This document shows positions 24,937-40,300 of a DNA stretch of 49,742 nt, in pieces. The notes under the pieces are model-generated. The model did no database searches, was not told where the DNA came from, and was given only the letters and a program-made list of their open reading frames with translations. Both the position numbers and the translations under genes were made by a program. Source of the stretch: Lenisia limosa (lineage: Eukaryota > Protista > Breviatea); assembly GCA_001655205.1 (NCBI GenBank), contig LPNZ01002753.1, forward strand, positions 1-49,742, written 5' to 3'. Every line of letters starts with the position of its first letter. Position 1 is the stretch's first letter.

Positions 24937-27254
24937 TTAGAGCCCTCTGTTGAAGGTGACAGTGTCTTGTTTGATGGAAGCGGCCAAGTCAGCCTCAAGG
25001 TCCTTAGTGGGCATCTTGACATACTGGGGGGGTATAATAGTTATTGATTTGGATTCCAATATTCTGTTAATTGTATCACTGACCACAAAGTCATTACCAA
25101 CCTGAGGGAACAGGGCAAGGGAAGCGGGGAGGGAGAAGAAGAAGAGTGTGGAGCAGACGGTGGCCTGGATGAGGAGACGAGGGACAATGGGGCCTTGGAC
25201 GGACAGGATTCTCTTAAGCTACAGCATGAAAGTTGGAACAAAAAGTACATAATGAAAGAAAATTGGACTGCTACTCTGCTTTCATCCACGGTACGGAGAG
25301 AATCAATACTACCGTATACAGTATGAAATCCCAGGCGTACACAAGGAGAGCTTCCCATGATGCGGTAGATGATAGGAGGACCAAGAAGAAGGCAAGAGGT
25401 CAGGGCAGGGCGAGTGGCTATGATGTCAACAGCAAAACGGCAGATCAGATACTGATAAAATTTGATAATACTGTATATTTTAAGTTACTACAAAACATAA
25501 TCTGGTCCCCTCCCAAAAAAAAAGTCTTTGGTTTCCACATGATGAATATCTCCAGAAATCTCTGCTTTATTGGTCTTTGTGGAACACAGGTAAGCCCAAA
25601 TGAGAGTTTTAAACCCACATCCAGTCAAGGTAAGTGCCTTTTTGGCGGCAATCTTCGACACTCCAAGGGGGGCTCCAGCATCATCGGTGACAACAATACC
25701 TGGGAGTATAAAAAAATAAAAAAAGGATAACAGTGATGGAAGAAATGTGAAGTGTTGCAATACTGAAGGAGGCAAAAGCCAAGGTGGTCTCACCTTCCTC
25801 AAGCTCGTGGCGACGCATGAGGTAGAAGTTCAACAGGGAAGCTGTGCAGACCGAGACGAAGGGAATAGACTGGGGGGGGGGNNNNNNNNNNNNNNNNNNN
25901 NNNNNNNNNNNNNNNNNNNNNNNNNNNNNNNNNNNNNNNNNNNNNNNNNAATGTCTTTATGATTTCAGCACCTAGCAAAAATGATATCAACAATTGATCC
26001 ATTACCCCCCCCCCTCCGTATCCCTCTCACTTCCTTGAGCACGGAGCTCACACTAGCAGAAACGTGAGGGACAACAGCACGTGTAACAGCCCTGAAGGGT
26101 GTGAGAATTATAAAATATGGGCAAACATGAACCATAATTATAACCAATCGGGCTTGGTGACTCATTAAATTGTACCCCCCAGACTTCATAGAGTAGGCAA
26201 GAGTGAGAGCAGTAGTGACAGCAGCGCCGTAACCGTTGACCAGGTTGCGGGGCAGAGTGTAACCCTTGAATTTATAGAGTTCGCTATCAGGGGTGGGCTA
26301 TACCGTAAGAGACTGTGATGATCCTTTTGTTACAATAGTCAACTTGGGTGCTTCATTTTCTCCAATAATAACATCTCACCCCAATACCTTGTCAGTGATG
26401 GGACGGTTGCAGTAGTTCACAGCAGCATTGTGAGTCTGATTAGCCCACTACAACGTCAGACCGTTTCCAAAAAGAACTTTTCACTTAAAATGTCAAAAAA
26501 AAAAAAATGGCAAACTAAGGAAGCGGTGTCTATGCGTCCTATCTCAGCTAGGTATGCAGCTAAGTATCCTGTCTTTTCCAAAAACAGTCCGATGCACCAT
26601 TATAGTTTTGATGAAAAGCACAATTGAGACATAAGTATTAAATGACCTCAAATAATGAACAAGAAAAGATAGGAATCCTCAAACCTGCCAAAAGAAGGTG
26701 GCGAAAGCCGAGGGGTTGGGCATGAGAAGACCGACAAGCATGGGTGCATTGAAGGGGACAAAACTAAACGATGAAACGAAACATTGGCAACGCTCTAAGC
26801 TTGGATTCCCAGAAGAACAAAACTGACAATCTCATGCCAGAAAGGTATTTGCTTTCTGCTATTTAATTAACTATTGGTTCCCACCAACCCAGCGATACGG
26901 AATGGGTGGAAGATGGGCTTATGGGTGTCTGGATGGATTACAGCAGCAATGTTGTAGAGGTTGTTGGTTTCAGGGTTCTTGCCCTGGGCCTGGAGTTCCC
27001 TAGACTCCTTCAGCATTCCAAGAACATCGTTGTTCTTCAGAAGAAGGGTTGCTGGATATGTTAAAACTAACAAAAGAGATTCAAAAAGAAGATAGATTTG
27101 GTCTTACCGGGGTTGCAAAGTGCCTTAAAGTGTCTGAAACGACCACCAAAGGTGGTCATATCATACTGAGCCTCATCAGGGGTTTCCTACAAAACAGTCA
27201 ATTCTCCTCAACAGACTTTGCAAGGCCTACCTTATCTAAAAATGCCCACTTCAT
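24937..27254 (-). CDS. SFXN: Sideroflexin (mitochondrial tricarboxylate/serine carrier family)
   Basis: QYDMTTFGGRFRHFKALCNP, AAVIHPDTHKPIFHPFR, GLLMPNPR, NYCNRP, AYSMK and C-terminal VTFNRGL-stop. The paralog number cannot be assigned. Confidence 0.9.
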
Positions 27255-27428
27255 CTTAATCGACTAAAATAGAGGAGAAAATTCAAAAAATAAAAATTCT
27301 TTTATAGTACTTTTTACATTAGTTGCATATATAGCATATACTTTCCAAAAAATCGAAAATCGGTTACACGCGCCAAATCCGCTATCTTTGAGAGTAGTTA
27401 CAAAAGTTACATGATATAAGCTTGGCAT
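27255..27428. promoter_or_regulatory. Putative bidirectional promoter between sideroflexin and IQUB
   Basis: Only 174 bp, AT-rich, separate the two divergent start codons. Inferred from geometry only. Confidence 0.55.
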
Positions 27429-30400
27429 ATGGAGAGTAATACCCCTCCACTTTCGGCTGGCGCCAACAATGGCCCTCCACCACCATCTAGCGCCCCTTCT
27501 ATCCCATTAAACATCTCATTTATTACTCCACAAGGTAAAACTCTTGGTTTGTTGCTGTATTTATGTTCCAGGGTTCTCTATCCAGCGAGAAGTCCTCTCA
27601 TCACATCGAGTCTTTGATGTTTTGGCAGAGGTTGCATCCGTTGCTGAACTTTCAGTCCATGATGTTGATGCGTTTTTTGATGGTGAGTTTCTGTTGTTTT
27701 CTACGAAATGGGACGGAACTGCCGAACAGAGCAGCGCTTCAGTTGAATGCGCTGCTTCCTGTTATTATTCCATCTCTTATTGCTATGAAACCCATCGGTC
27801 TCTGTCTTATTCTCCAGGGTTCCCTTTGGATCCTATGGGAGATTTTAATTCTACACAGCCTGGGGAAGATGGAATCGTCTTTATTGAAGTGGGTGGACCT
27901 GGTGCATTCGTGCTAAATACTCTTGAGTTTATATTTTGTGTTTTAATCATCTCATATCTTGTTTTATAAATATATCATCGCCAAGCATCATATTAATGAA
28001 GATGATTGTCTTTCCCTTTTAATTATTTAAGATCTGCACAAAGGATCAAGGTCAGAGTCTCAGAATAGATGGTAAGTGAGTTTCTTCTCGTTTTAGCACA
28101 AATATAATTCCAAAGCAATCTGGAAGAATCCCTATTCAGAACCCATCTTCTCCATTGGAAGCGTTGAGACTATTTTTTTGCATCATAAACTTCTTTTTTT
28201 AAAAAATAGAGCATACCCCCCCCCCCCNNNNNNNNNNNNNNNNNNNNNNNNNNNNNNNNNNNNNNNNNNNNNNNNNNNNNNNNNNNNNNNNNNNNNNNGA
28301 CTTGCAAGTGTCACTTGAATCTATAAGCAAAAGAAATAAGGCACATATAACTCCTATCTTACATCACATCTCGAGTATTCAGAGAGTGGTAGAGAGTTTC
28401 CTGGTCAATGATTTCTTTTTATACAAGTAGACCCTAATACTGGATTTGTCTTTTTTAAGACAACTGGGAAACCTTCATCCTAACATTGCCCTAGACGAAG
28501 GAGACATGGAGAACGCGCTGCCGCCCCGGGCTGAGTTTGAGAAGTTTTCTGGAAAAAAGCCATTCCTGGGGGGCTTCCGCCACAAAAAGACCGGGGTCCT
28601 TTACCACCATGCATCTTCCCAGACCGAAATGAGCGAAGCAAAAAAGGCGGCGTTGTTGAAAAAGGTGGGCGAACGACGGCAACCTTTTCTGTTAAATGTG
28701 CAATTATATTTCAACCCCCCCCCCCCATTGCAAGAATCATATCATATTAGTGTGCAGACTCCTTGGCAAGTCTTGATCAATAAATCTGAGTAGATTTCCG
28801 TTTAAAAAAATTGGAAGACTGTTTCTTGAGGGTTTTGTAATCTCTAAACAAGGGTATTTCAGCCCTTCAAAGTCCTCCTCTGATCTTTGACCATTTAAGA
28901 GACAGCGTGTTCTGTATCACCGTGAGGCCCAAACAGTGACACGACGAATGAACAAAACCCAGACACAGCGGGAACAGTCAACACAGATGGTGGGTCCAAA
29001 GTGCTAATTTACATTAAGCCATTTATTGTGCTCATGTGTTTTTGGCATGATTAAATACACCCCCATTCAGAGTTATTTTTACTCCCCTTTCCCTCACCCC
29101 CCATTCACCGTCAACAGGTGCGTAAAGGTGTCATGCCTAATTGCGACCAAGATGTCGAAATCACGCCGCGACCCTATGTTGAAGCAAACGAGGTGGGTGG
29201 AGTGGCACATAGCATCTGAAGGAGACATATGTACATCATATCTTTCTGATGATAGGGGATGGTGTTATCTCTACCTACCATGTTGTCAATGCCTCGCTTT
29301 CTTCCTGTTACTCAGCTCCAATGGTCACCTCTTGCCTCATTTGTCTTCCTTTGTAACCTTTTCACCTTGCTAAGTTTGTTTCAAAGCGCCATCTTACCCA
29401 CCCCCCAGGTTCTAGCCACGAGGTGGCAGAAAGCTGTGACTCTCCAAAGATACGCCCGAGGAATGTTGGCGCGGCTACGCGCACGCCAAATGCGTCAAGC
29501 TCAGCTGGCTGAAGTGAGACGGTTGATCATGATTTGCTTTGGTCCAAAAAAACTGCAAACAATGCGTAGTTATATTCACTTTTCCCAATAGCCCTGTTAA
29601 CGTTTATTGGGATGACCGTTTATTGTCTAGATTGCGGAGTTGGAACTGTCACATGAGAGGGCAGCTGAGGAACACGAAGCCAACCGAAAGCGGGAAATGA
29701 TGCGACGAATGCATCCCAAGTCCAAGAAGGACTTCGAAATCCTTCACACGGAGCTTGAAGGTGGGTGCTTCCCGCACTTTACATTATTATTTTATCATCA
29801 GACCTGATGAAACAAATCCGTTATATTGATTTGAGTTTGCCACACACTACACCTTGGGGCGAGGGGGTCTTTTATTCATAAGAATATTTGAAATTAACAA
29901 TTTCCTTAGCCTGGCGAATCAAGGAAACGCGGCGGATTGAGACAGAAGCGCCTTCCGAGGACGCTCGAAAGGCTGAACTGGCGCAACTCCTTCATAAGGT
30001 GGGGGCTTGGTATATGGAAAGGAGAGACAGGGGGTGGGGCAGAGTTGGTAAAAGAGTTTATTCATTTGTAATTTATATAATTGAAGGGTGGTAAAGTCAG
30101 AAGAGCTGAGTGATCCCCTGATGCTGTCTCCCATTAACCTTCTCCAGGAAGCAGCACTCCTACAAACCATTGACAGACTCAAGACCACCGCTAACGTCGA
30201 AAACAAACATGATGCTGTGGAGAAAAAACTCAAATTGGTGAGAGATGTCATGATAATTACGGAGGGAACATTACTGCTTGTAACATCTCTCACCTGTATA
30301 ACCCCCCCCCCCCAGATGGCAGCTCCCAAAAAGTGGATGATGAGTGATGGTGTTGTAGCTGAGGTGGAAACAGCCTATACCACCAGAGCTAAAGTGAGGG

Positions 30401-31123
30401 GACCTTTTTTCAACCTACTCATGTTGTCTGAACAATTGAAGGGTTAATTATTTCAATAAAACGTGTGTGCGAAGTTTTGTTCCGATTTTTATTCTCTCAG
30501 GAGCTATATGACCTCTACCGTGGCTTGCTGGTTCCGCTACTAACCGTGGATGAGCGATTAGACGTCCTTCTGCACATCAAATGGACGGTGAAGGTGAGCG
30601 TTTTGACAGTTTGACATATATTTTTGAAGTTTGTAGTCTTCCTTCTTCAATACTGTAAACATTCAATGATTTTATCCAGGAATTTGATTGTGTGTTAACA
30701 CGAGACATTGTGCAACTCGTGGACAGGGAAGCTGACTTGCTAAACCGCGGCCGAAGTGAAGCTAGCGTGAAAGGTGGGGAATTGCTGCTGTTCTTGTTCT
30801 TGTTTTTGTTGGGTTCATTTGTGATGTACTATGGGCGAATTGAGTTGGTGTTCGTTAGTAATTCATAAATTTTGGGTCACCCCCCTCCCCTCAGGTTTAC
30901 GAAAGCGCTTGGCATCGCTGTTTTTGGAATTCTGTGAAACTCCAGAGTTCAACCCAGAGGCAGCACGCTTTAAACAGGTTAGGGTTTTTTTTTCCATTTA
31001 TCTTTGTGAGCTGCGTAGAGTAATACGTGAATTTGCTTTTTATTCTGCTTAATAATCTTGTTTTCACCTTATATACTCTGACAACCGCAGGTCCCGCAGA
31101 CAATGCTGAAAAATAGGTCATAA
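27429..31123 (+). CDS. IQUB: IQ motif and ubiquitin-like domain-containing protein (radial spoke)
   Basis: KKPFLGGFRHKKTGVLYHHASSQT, HREAQT, KAVTLQRYARGMLAR (IQ motif), RRMHPKSKKDFEILH, LTVDERLDVLLHIKWTVKEFDC and FCETPEFNPEAARF. Confidence 0.92.
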
Positions 31124-31339
31124 GAGTGTTTTGTAGACTAATGTATTTGTATGATGTTTCCAGAAGGTCATTTCTACCCAGAAAAAATAAAAAAAGCTAA
31201 ATTCACAAACTACAAATATACAAATACACAGTTGTTTAAAGTGACAGTTTTCTATTAAAATGTTGGATTGGTCTCTTTGTTGGTCAAGATAGTATATGTA
31301 CATTAAATAAAGAAAACATAACCATACACACAATCTCCT

Positions 31340-34300
31340 AAATACCTTCAAAGAATGGGGCTAAATGGTCAAAAAGCAAGGTGAGCTTGAGGCGAATGTC
31401 TGGTGCAATATGACTTATTTCTCTTTCCTATGAACTGAGATACCCCTCCCCCCGTACCCTCTCTTGTCCTGAGACTGCCGACGGGATGGAACGGGAGAGG
31501 ATGGCGGACCCATGAGAATCGATCTTCGGATCTAAAACTCATGAGCAGCTTAACCAAAGGATGATAACAAATAGGGCTCCGTGCAATTAAGGCATTTAAA
31601 ATTCATTACCAGCAATTATTTTGCCTAGCCTTTGCGTAAAAAAGAGATATAAACTTACGTATTTTTGGTTGGGCACTCAAGTAGATTCTTTAAAATATTA
31701 ATATGATATTCAAAACGAATCCTGTTAAAACTTTGTCTTTTTTTTTGAAAGTTCCCAACAACCACTCAAAAGTTAGTTTTATTTCAAAATAATGTTGCGT
31801 ATAATATGATTTTCTTCAAAAGATTGGAGATTTTGATTCGAAAAAATAATTGCAAAGGTGCCAATAACAATGGTTAATATTTTCTCGTGTGCGTCAATTT
31901 ATTGCATGTAATATACAAGTCTTCACCCCTCTCCCACAGCATGGAGTCTTGGGATTCGACAGAGCGCCATGAGTTTGGCACTGGTTGTGGGGGCTTCTTC
32001 TTCGCCCAACAGCGATTGTGACACTGACGGCAGAAGCATATTGGAGGCCATAATGATGTTCTGTCATGGTGAAGAGGAAAATATGTCGAACATATCCCAA
32101 AGCCCTGTCAAGCATCACATATCCCAAAGCCAGGCACCATTCCAATCAAGCATCACATATCCCAATTCCATGATATATCCAGCCAACGGTATTGCCGCGC
32201 GCGACAGCAGAGAGTCGAGGGGAAAGGGAGGTCATGATCGTGTCGATGATGATCCGGCCATTTTGAGGGTCTAAATGTTTCAGTGAGGCCAGATGCACTC
32301 TAAGTTTCTTGACTTTACTGAAGATGTAAGACCCCCTACTTTCGGACGTCCAGAGTTTCCTCCTGAGAAGGGTTTTGAGGTTCTGCGACAACTGAGCGTC
32401 CCATTTGACAATTACTGGACCTATTGTATAAGCTTGTAAACATCCGAAAATGACTTTATATTCCATGAAAGCAATATGCACTGCACTCTATCTATTCCAG
32501 GAGTATGGACCTTCTTTCAGGCAGCCAAGTGAAACCCAGGTATAATACCGGGTCTTCTTTGGCTTCATAGCCTGATTGCTCTGCTCATACCTGAAAGCGG
32601 CTCGGCTGATGATGTTTGTTTGTTGCGGGGGTGACACGATGGGGGTGTAGCCACTAGGAGGTTAACCAAGTAAAATTCTGGGATGGAGGGCAGAGGTACC
32701 CTTAACTCTCATTTTTGTCGTCCTATCCCCCCCACATTTTATTTTGCTAAAAACGGGACTCAAGACGTCAAGGCGGCCTAAGTTGGCCACGACCGCGCCT
32801 GCTTCCACAAACTCGAGAACATCGCAAGCTGGATTATGATTTTCAGGAACATTAAAAGAACACTGTTCTGGGACCAAAGTCATCTATGTCAAACCACTTA
32901 TGAAGCAGGGAATGAGAAAATGAGGTTAAAACCAGCATAATACCAGGATATTATTCCCTCTTTAACTTTTCAATGAAGTTAACTCCTGTAAAAAACATGT
33001 ACACACAGTCCGTAGATAAGTGTACACTATTATTTTAAACGAACAAAGAGTCTGACCTCGTTCTAGCGCTGATGGTTTGATAGGCGGGCTCCAGAGATGG
33101 AGCAGCGACAAGGGGGTGGAGAAGGACCCTGCTTGTACCGGCCCTATAATAATAATGAACTCAAATTAGAACCATCAAAGGCTCAGACTATAAGTTGTGA
33201 ATCCACAATAGTTCCTTCTGCTCTAAGTCAGGGGTACTTCAGTGAACAACAAGTACTTTCCTTTGCACCAGCAATTTGATAGTGAAATGTCTCACCATTA
33301 GAACAGGCGATCTTGGCCGAGATCATTGGCAAATGAAGGAACTCAAGAGATTGGGACAGCATTTGAAGAGCATCAGAGAGTATCAGGCCCAGGGCTAGGA
33401 ACATGAAGTCAAGAGAAACCAATGAAGGATAATGCAGGAAGTTATGACGTCATGTACTCACCACAGGCGGCTGAAAGGGAGGGAGGTGTGGTACCTTGAA
33501 TACCCGAGACCACAAAGACTCGTTCTAAGAAATTAGGAATTAAAAGGGTGGAAGATGCTCCACCTCCGTCTTGCTTGAACACGAAAAAGTCCAACTTGAC
33601 AGCCAAATACTCCACTGTGGACCAAAGATGGTCAAGCATGATGCACACCATGACCGAAGGCTGGGTCTTAATAATCACATTAAGGTCGCTGAGCTCCACC
33701 TGGGGACAGTCGGTTATTTCGAAATAATAATAATGGTGTTTGAGAGGTAGAGGAAGGAAATCCAACCCAAAAAGGGCTGAGTTCATTTTAGTACGAGACC
33801 TTTCAACCCAATCACCCCTCCCCCCCGCAGACAACGACAACGGAGACTTCTCTCAGATAGGCATAGTACTTCGCGTTTGAGGATGGAATAAGACCGGGTC
33901 GCGATCTAATGATCTCAGCGGCCACTGGTGCCGGCATGGTGCAGGCCACCTGGGGGGGGGGGTAAATAAAGGAATAGTAGTATCTGCATACAGATACTAA
34001 TCATGAACCGAATTATCCAAACATTGGAAAGTTCATAAACAAAGAATCCCAAAATCAACTCTGTTGGATAACAGTTGTTAACGTACTGTATCCCATCACT
34101 CAACTGGGAGCATAGAGGGCGCTAAAGAGGGTTTTGTTTGGATTGAACAATATGAGGAGAGATATGAAGCGCACTATAAGTGGGGGGTTGGGGGGTTGAA
34201 AGCAGGCAAATCGCATCCCAACACAGACACCATAGAATGACTCTTCCCACCTGGGCTACAGCATCATTGGTTTTGTTAGACAGCACCTCGGAGAAGAGCA

Positions 34301-37300
34301 CGATTTGCCGCATTACTGCGTCGGAATGGCGTGAGAGGATCACCGCGATGGTGAAGATCATGAGCAGAAGAATACCTGTCTGGTTAGAAAGGACTTACTG
34401 GAAGCAAAGTGGAACACCAAGTATTTTATCAGCTGGACGCATACCAGCAATAATGAATGACTTAGCGGTTACATCAGAAAACACGAGAGTCGAAACAAAC
34501 GTCACCGAGGACGATACCAGCAGCACTTTCTAAATGTTCATGGGCAATACATTGGGAATACTGATGTTGAGTATCATCAATAACGCCTTCGTCACTATTC
34601 TTTCATCTAGTGAATAGAATGTCAGACAATGTATATATCATATATATAATAACCGAAAAATACCCAAGAAAGTCTGTTGTGAAAGCGCCTCTTACCTCCT
34701 CAATGTTGGTACTGCACAGCATAGGCATAACCAAAAAGCCCAAAATGACACAGTCTAACGACACCATATCTGCTCGTAGATCCCTGTGGAATGGTAAAAA
34801 GGACAAATTGTGGCCACTGTCCCTTCAAAACGGTAACAGAGAATTAATTTGAGGTCTCCCGCCCCAACTCCGATTCATCCTGGGTCAATTTACTCATTGA
34901 AATCAGGGCAATTGGGACGACCAAAGCAAGTCCAATCATCTTTGAAATCTTGATGAGTGAAGGGTAAATCCAACTCGCCAGTGCAAGATTCCAGAGAAAT
35001 ACGTCCAAGAATATGCTAATCTAAAACCCCATTTCAATACAAACCCCCTGACCTTCAAATGCAGAGACTTCTGCGGAGAGTATGAGAACGAAATCAGTAT
35101 GTAGGATGACAAAGTGATCATCAGAATGTAGACTAGACCATTAGTAAGTAATTGACTGGAGTAACAAATGTGATATGTAAAACAAGAGAAAACAAAATGA
35201 TAATAGATGAGTATATCAAGTAAATGTGTATGTATTCGCGTATCCAATCCACGAATATAAAGCATACCTATGAGAAACTCCAAGCGTTGGGAGGAAAAGA
35301 GACCATATATCGTAAGGAAGGCCGCAGACGTAATGTAAATGCACCCGGCAACATGCTTGGGGGTGAGGAAGGTAATAAACAACATGCTTGGGGGTCAATA
35401 AAAAGGTTGATATCAAATCAACTGTTATATTACGTACTCTTAACCCTGTCTCTCACCAAAATGTTACGAAGGGACCTGACCTTGAAACTATAGAACAGTT
35501 TCATGAGACTCCTTGATCCGAGATCCTTCATTGCGAGACGGTCAATCAGAACCAGCGGATAGTCTGGATGTTTCAGCGGTATTAACTAGGCAGGTCCACT
35601 GTGAATGAACTAACACCAACACCAGACAGTGCCTGCCCCAGAAGAGTGACTGGCCTTACCGAATGAATGTGATGACGATATGGTGGAGACATCAAACAGC
35701 TCCTGAGGAGGCTGGACCTTCTCCACAGTCGGCACTGTCAGCGTTCTAAACCACAATCAAAGTCAAGGGGTGTTTACCTGCACTGAAGTATAATGCACAA
35801 AATTCAGTCTATCTTCATATGTCGGTAACATTTTATGAATCAATATGCCTTTTCAGGAATAATTACCTTAAATTGCTTCAACTTATCTCCGCCACCAACC
35901 CTTCGTGGAACTCCATTTCATTCAATGTGGTGGGTGGGTCATAGCTGTAGCCTGACGACAGCCGGAAGGACGTGGCCTGGGGGAGTGATGGTGATAGAAT
36001 TGTTATGGAATGCATCAGAGAAAAAGAAAGAAAATGAGAATGGGTGTGACTTACATGACAGGGTAGCCAGTAATATTTCCAACGGCACGAAATAATGTTC
36101 AGAAGAATATTCTACTGGACAGCGATTAATATTCGTATTATCGATTCCAGTGAAAACTTACATGGTGCTTTGGTGAGGCCATCCCTTCAGACGCTTCTAA
36201 AGAGTTAGAGGGAAAGAATGTAGACGTGTCCTTTTCTTCCATGACCGTGATCAAGCTACAATAGTATAATATCCCCATATCCAAATACCCATCGTGTTAT
36301 CCCCCTCAAACCAATTTCACGACTGCTACAAGGGCTGGCTACATCATTACTGAAGCGCGCTGATGACGAGCAACGGGCCTATGAGGGTGAATCAGCATGA
36401 GCAACGGGCCTATGGGGTGAATTAGCATCTGGTCACTTTTATAGACTTTGAGGCTCCAAGTCCCACCATCCAATATTCCTTAGTTTACCCCCCCCCCCCA
36501 ANNNNNNNNNNNNNNNNNNNNNNNNNNNNNNNNNNNNNNNNNNNNNNNNNNNNNNNNNNNNNNNNNNTATAAAGTCCAACTCCATTTTTATAGGAACCTA
36601 TTTGTAAAATAGCAGGGGGGAACACAGGGATAAACACAGAAAAAACCATTCTATATGTATGATACAACCACCTCAGTCATAATAATTAGCTCTACCGACT
36701 TACCATGGACCGATCCGACAACGAGGCCTCAACAGGCTGGTCAAGCACAGGCATCAGCGGCGAGCCGTTACTCAGCGGAGTACCTGAAATGATTCATTAA
36801 AAAGAGCAAGAGAATAAAAAAGAATTGCTTATGAGAACCATGATCATATGTACATGTATGAACATAATACTACAAAAACAGAATTAGCTCAAAATTATCT
36901 CGAAAATATGAGAGCTATGGTTCCAAAGTATTTGATGATACTAACCACCCACTTGGAAGCTTGTCTTGGGAGGGATCAGAAAGCTCTTCGTTGGACTGGT
37001 CGGTGGGGGTCAGCCCTATGAGGGCGGATGGATTCTCAGGAAGTAAAATGGAAAGACATCAACTTGGTGATAACTGGAACCAGGCAAATGTGGGCTGAAA
37101 TGAAGCGCCACGAGAGGGCGTAATGATCAAATCAGGTTATGTAGCAAAGATTTAAGGGAATATATGCCCCACCTGGCTAGGTGTTGATGCATCCTGCTCA
37201 AAACCGGAATCTAGAACCTCTCTTTGGAAGTCAATGCGAATACAGAGCGACCGAAAGTCCAAAGGGTGCTTTGGGTTTGTGTCATGTATTTTATCCACTC

Positions 37301-40300
37301 AAAAGAAATAGAGACGTATCACTCCTTCAAATATACCAATAAGCTACACTGGGGCTCACATTGACTCTTGGGAGGGAACAGGGGGCAAGACCATCTGAAC
37401 AATTACAATTTGGGTTTCGTGTTTTCATCATTCAATAATCGACTGTTTTAGATAAGAATAAATCCTTGATTAACTACATGTCAATATGTTTGATATTGTT
37501 ACTATAACCTACTGTGTCTATTTTGGACAAAGATCGTACACTCATCTCACGATGCGAGCTGTCTGAAACGAAATGAGAAATGTGGATTGCTATTCATATG
37601 ATATGATATGATACACTATGCCCTTCCAATACCAGTATATTTTATACTGTACGCTCCCATAAGGAAAATGACCTACACATTGGGAGGTTTGAGTCTGTTT
37701 GAGAGACATCCATCGCATGTTTCTGCTTGTCGATGTCAAGGCTGGGGGACGGCATGCACTACAGCGTGTCAGAGGGGACTAGATGGTGGAAGGGTGTTGT
37801 TGTTAACGTGTAGCATCCATGACGAACCACCATAAACTACAAAAAACAACAAAATAACAATTTAAACCCCAAAGGGCATGTTCCAAACACTTTAAAATCG
37901 AACCTCTCAAGAACCACTCTGAATCTGACCTGCAATGAAATGTGGCCCGAGTCCCAACGTGGTAAGCTACTTCGCACTGTCTCCGGTCTACATAATAAAT
38001 CAATTAGTAGTGTTGACGTCAAAAATGCCCATACCTTGAGATTATATAATATGCATATAAAGGAAAATATGTAACAAAAAACTATTATTGTTGACATTGA
38101 ACATGTTTGAATCAGACCCACGAGTTGACATCATGCTGAGAGGAAGAAGAGTAGTCAACATTTACAGCTTCAACAGTGAGGGAAGAAGTAGGGAATATTT
38201 GATTATGTACTATGGAGGCAATTAGAAGTATAAAACACTTGCTGTTGTAGGAAACAAAAGTCACAACCCCTCCCACAGCTACCAACCCATCCCGAAGAGC
38301 ACTTAATTCTGTAAGTCATTACTGGACCACTTGGCAGCGCCACCGGAACTAAACGGGTTAACATTAAAGGGAAAGTAGCAGATTATGCTACCCCAATCAA
38401 ACAGTTAGTTCTAGCGAGTGTTTTGACCTTGGCAGAAAGCTGATGGTAAACCGTTTCAGTGACGATCATACCCAAGGCAGAACCATGCTTTGACAGCTCT
38501 GTCAGGTCCTTTAGAGCAGCTCCGAATACCTGCAAGTAATTGAAAGATGGTGGAGTGAATTTTGACAACTTTATGGTGATCTAAGCTCAAGCGTTTTTTG
38601 CATCAAATACAATATCAGACAATTTCCATTCATAAATCCCCCGTCTTCCTCAGCAACAATTTCTCCATATTGATATTATATTGAAGATTCACACCAGGCA
38701 TATATTGTCACTTGATTTCAATTCCACAAACCAGTGTCCGTTTTACAGGGTTTCGGAAGTCGCAAAATGTGAGGTTGCCACAGTGAATCGACATCTGGAG
38801 GTATGAAAAAAATCATCTTAAGAAGACCAAGTTTGATCCATTGAATCCTATCATCCCTTCATTGTCTTCATCTTTCGGCTTCGTCATGTAAAAATCACAC
38901 AATACAGTATATGATAGGCAATTTAATAATTTTGGTGTTTTCATGGGTATTTACAACTACTTATTATCAATTCATTACACCACCACCCCCAACACTCAAA
39001 GCAGGCCAGTTCATTTGAGCTGATAAGTGAAGAACATCCGATATCATGTTCATCAATGTCTCGGTTCTCTGAGTAGGGTCAACTGTGCTGACAATATATA
39101 TCATATATATTATGTATATATATGGTATAGATTGTATAAACAGTATTAAAAAACGCCTGAAATAGAGGAGTTAACACCTTCAATCATTTAGTCTGAAATA
39201 ACTAAAGCATCTCCGTACTATGGGCTTGAAGCTATGCTTACTACAAAACTTACAGACAATACCCCCTTCCCACACTACAATTACAACATGAACCACACTA
39301 CCATTCTCTAACCAAANNNNNNNNNNNNNNNNNNNNNNNNNNNNNNNNNNNNNNNNNNNNNNNNNNNNNNNNNNNNNNNNNNNNNNNNNNNNNNNNNNNN
39401 NNNNNNNNNNNNNNNNNNNNNNNNNNNNNNNNNNNNNNNNNNNNNNNCCCCCCACCATTAAGGGCGTAGCTCCAAACACGGCTATGGTCATTGAGGGGAC
39501 GGAGATCGATATGACCCTCGAAGCATGTGATGTGACAACCTGCCCCCGTCAAGAATGCAATAGGAATACCGCTATGTTGGTCAAGTGGTTACACAAGCTT
39601 GACATATGATGTGAACCCATATCCACAAGTGATATAAACAAATGACCGACTTTCAAGTCAAAATGATGAACAAAGATAACATGAGGGTTCATCCCGCCGA
39701 TTCAGAGTATTATTGAGACTTGTCGGTCCGAGTGGATATGAGGTATCAGATCAAAAAATTAGTTCATACTTGTGGAAATGATCCAAAAAGTGACATACTC
39801 AGTCACAGCCATGCTAATAGTTAGCTTGCTTGATGAATTACAGCCACTTACAGTTGTAATTGTATTGACAATGCTGTGAAGAAGGTCATAAGTTTCTCTT
39901 GCAAACTTCCTGAACAAAATGGTCAGCCTTTAATGGTGCTTTTTTCATACATTTTATCATATTACACAGATCAAAGACATATAATTATATGTATAGGTAT
40001 CACATCAAAATACTGTTTATCTTAATCCAAAACTCAGCCCACTCTCTTATTGATTTTGCGGCGTTTTCTGTGATTGTAGGGATATGAATCTCGAAGTTGG
40101 CTAAAACCACTTCGACAGTAAACAGCCGACTGTTGGTCTACAAGGTGAGATACAATCATTTAAAACAAAAAATGTTAAATTATCAAATACAAGCAGATGG
40201 CTGAGAAGCTTGAGTGTAATTGACCAGTTTACGTTTTCACGCTTACTTGGGGTAGAGAGTGTTTGATCCACCCCCATTCCCACATTATCGTTGTTGCGAT

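Noticed and set aside
30753-30766. ccgaagtgaagct resembling the MITE TIR
   Set aside because: It falls within an in-frame IQUB exon (GRSEAS), so it is a short chance match.
31969-32274. 101-aa plus-strand ORF with ISQS repeats
   Set aside because: It is antisense to exons of the cyclase-like gene, and the repeats come from a small intronic duplication (catcacatatcccaa).
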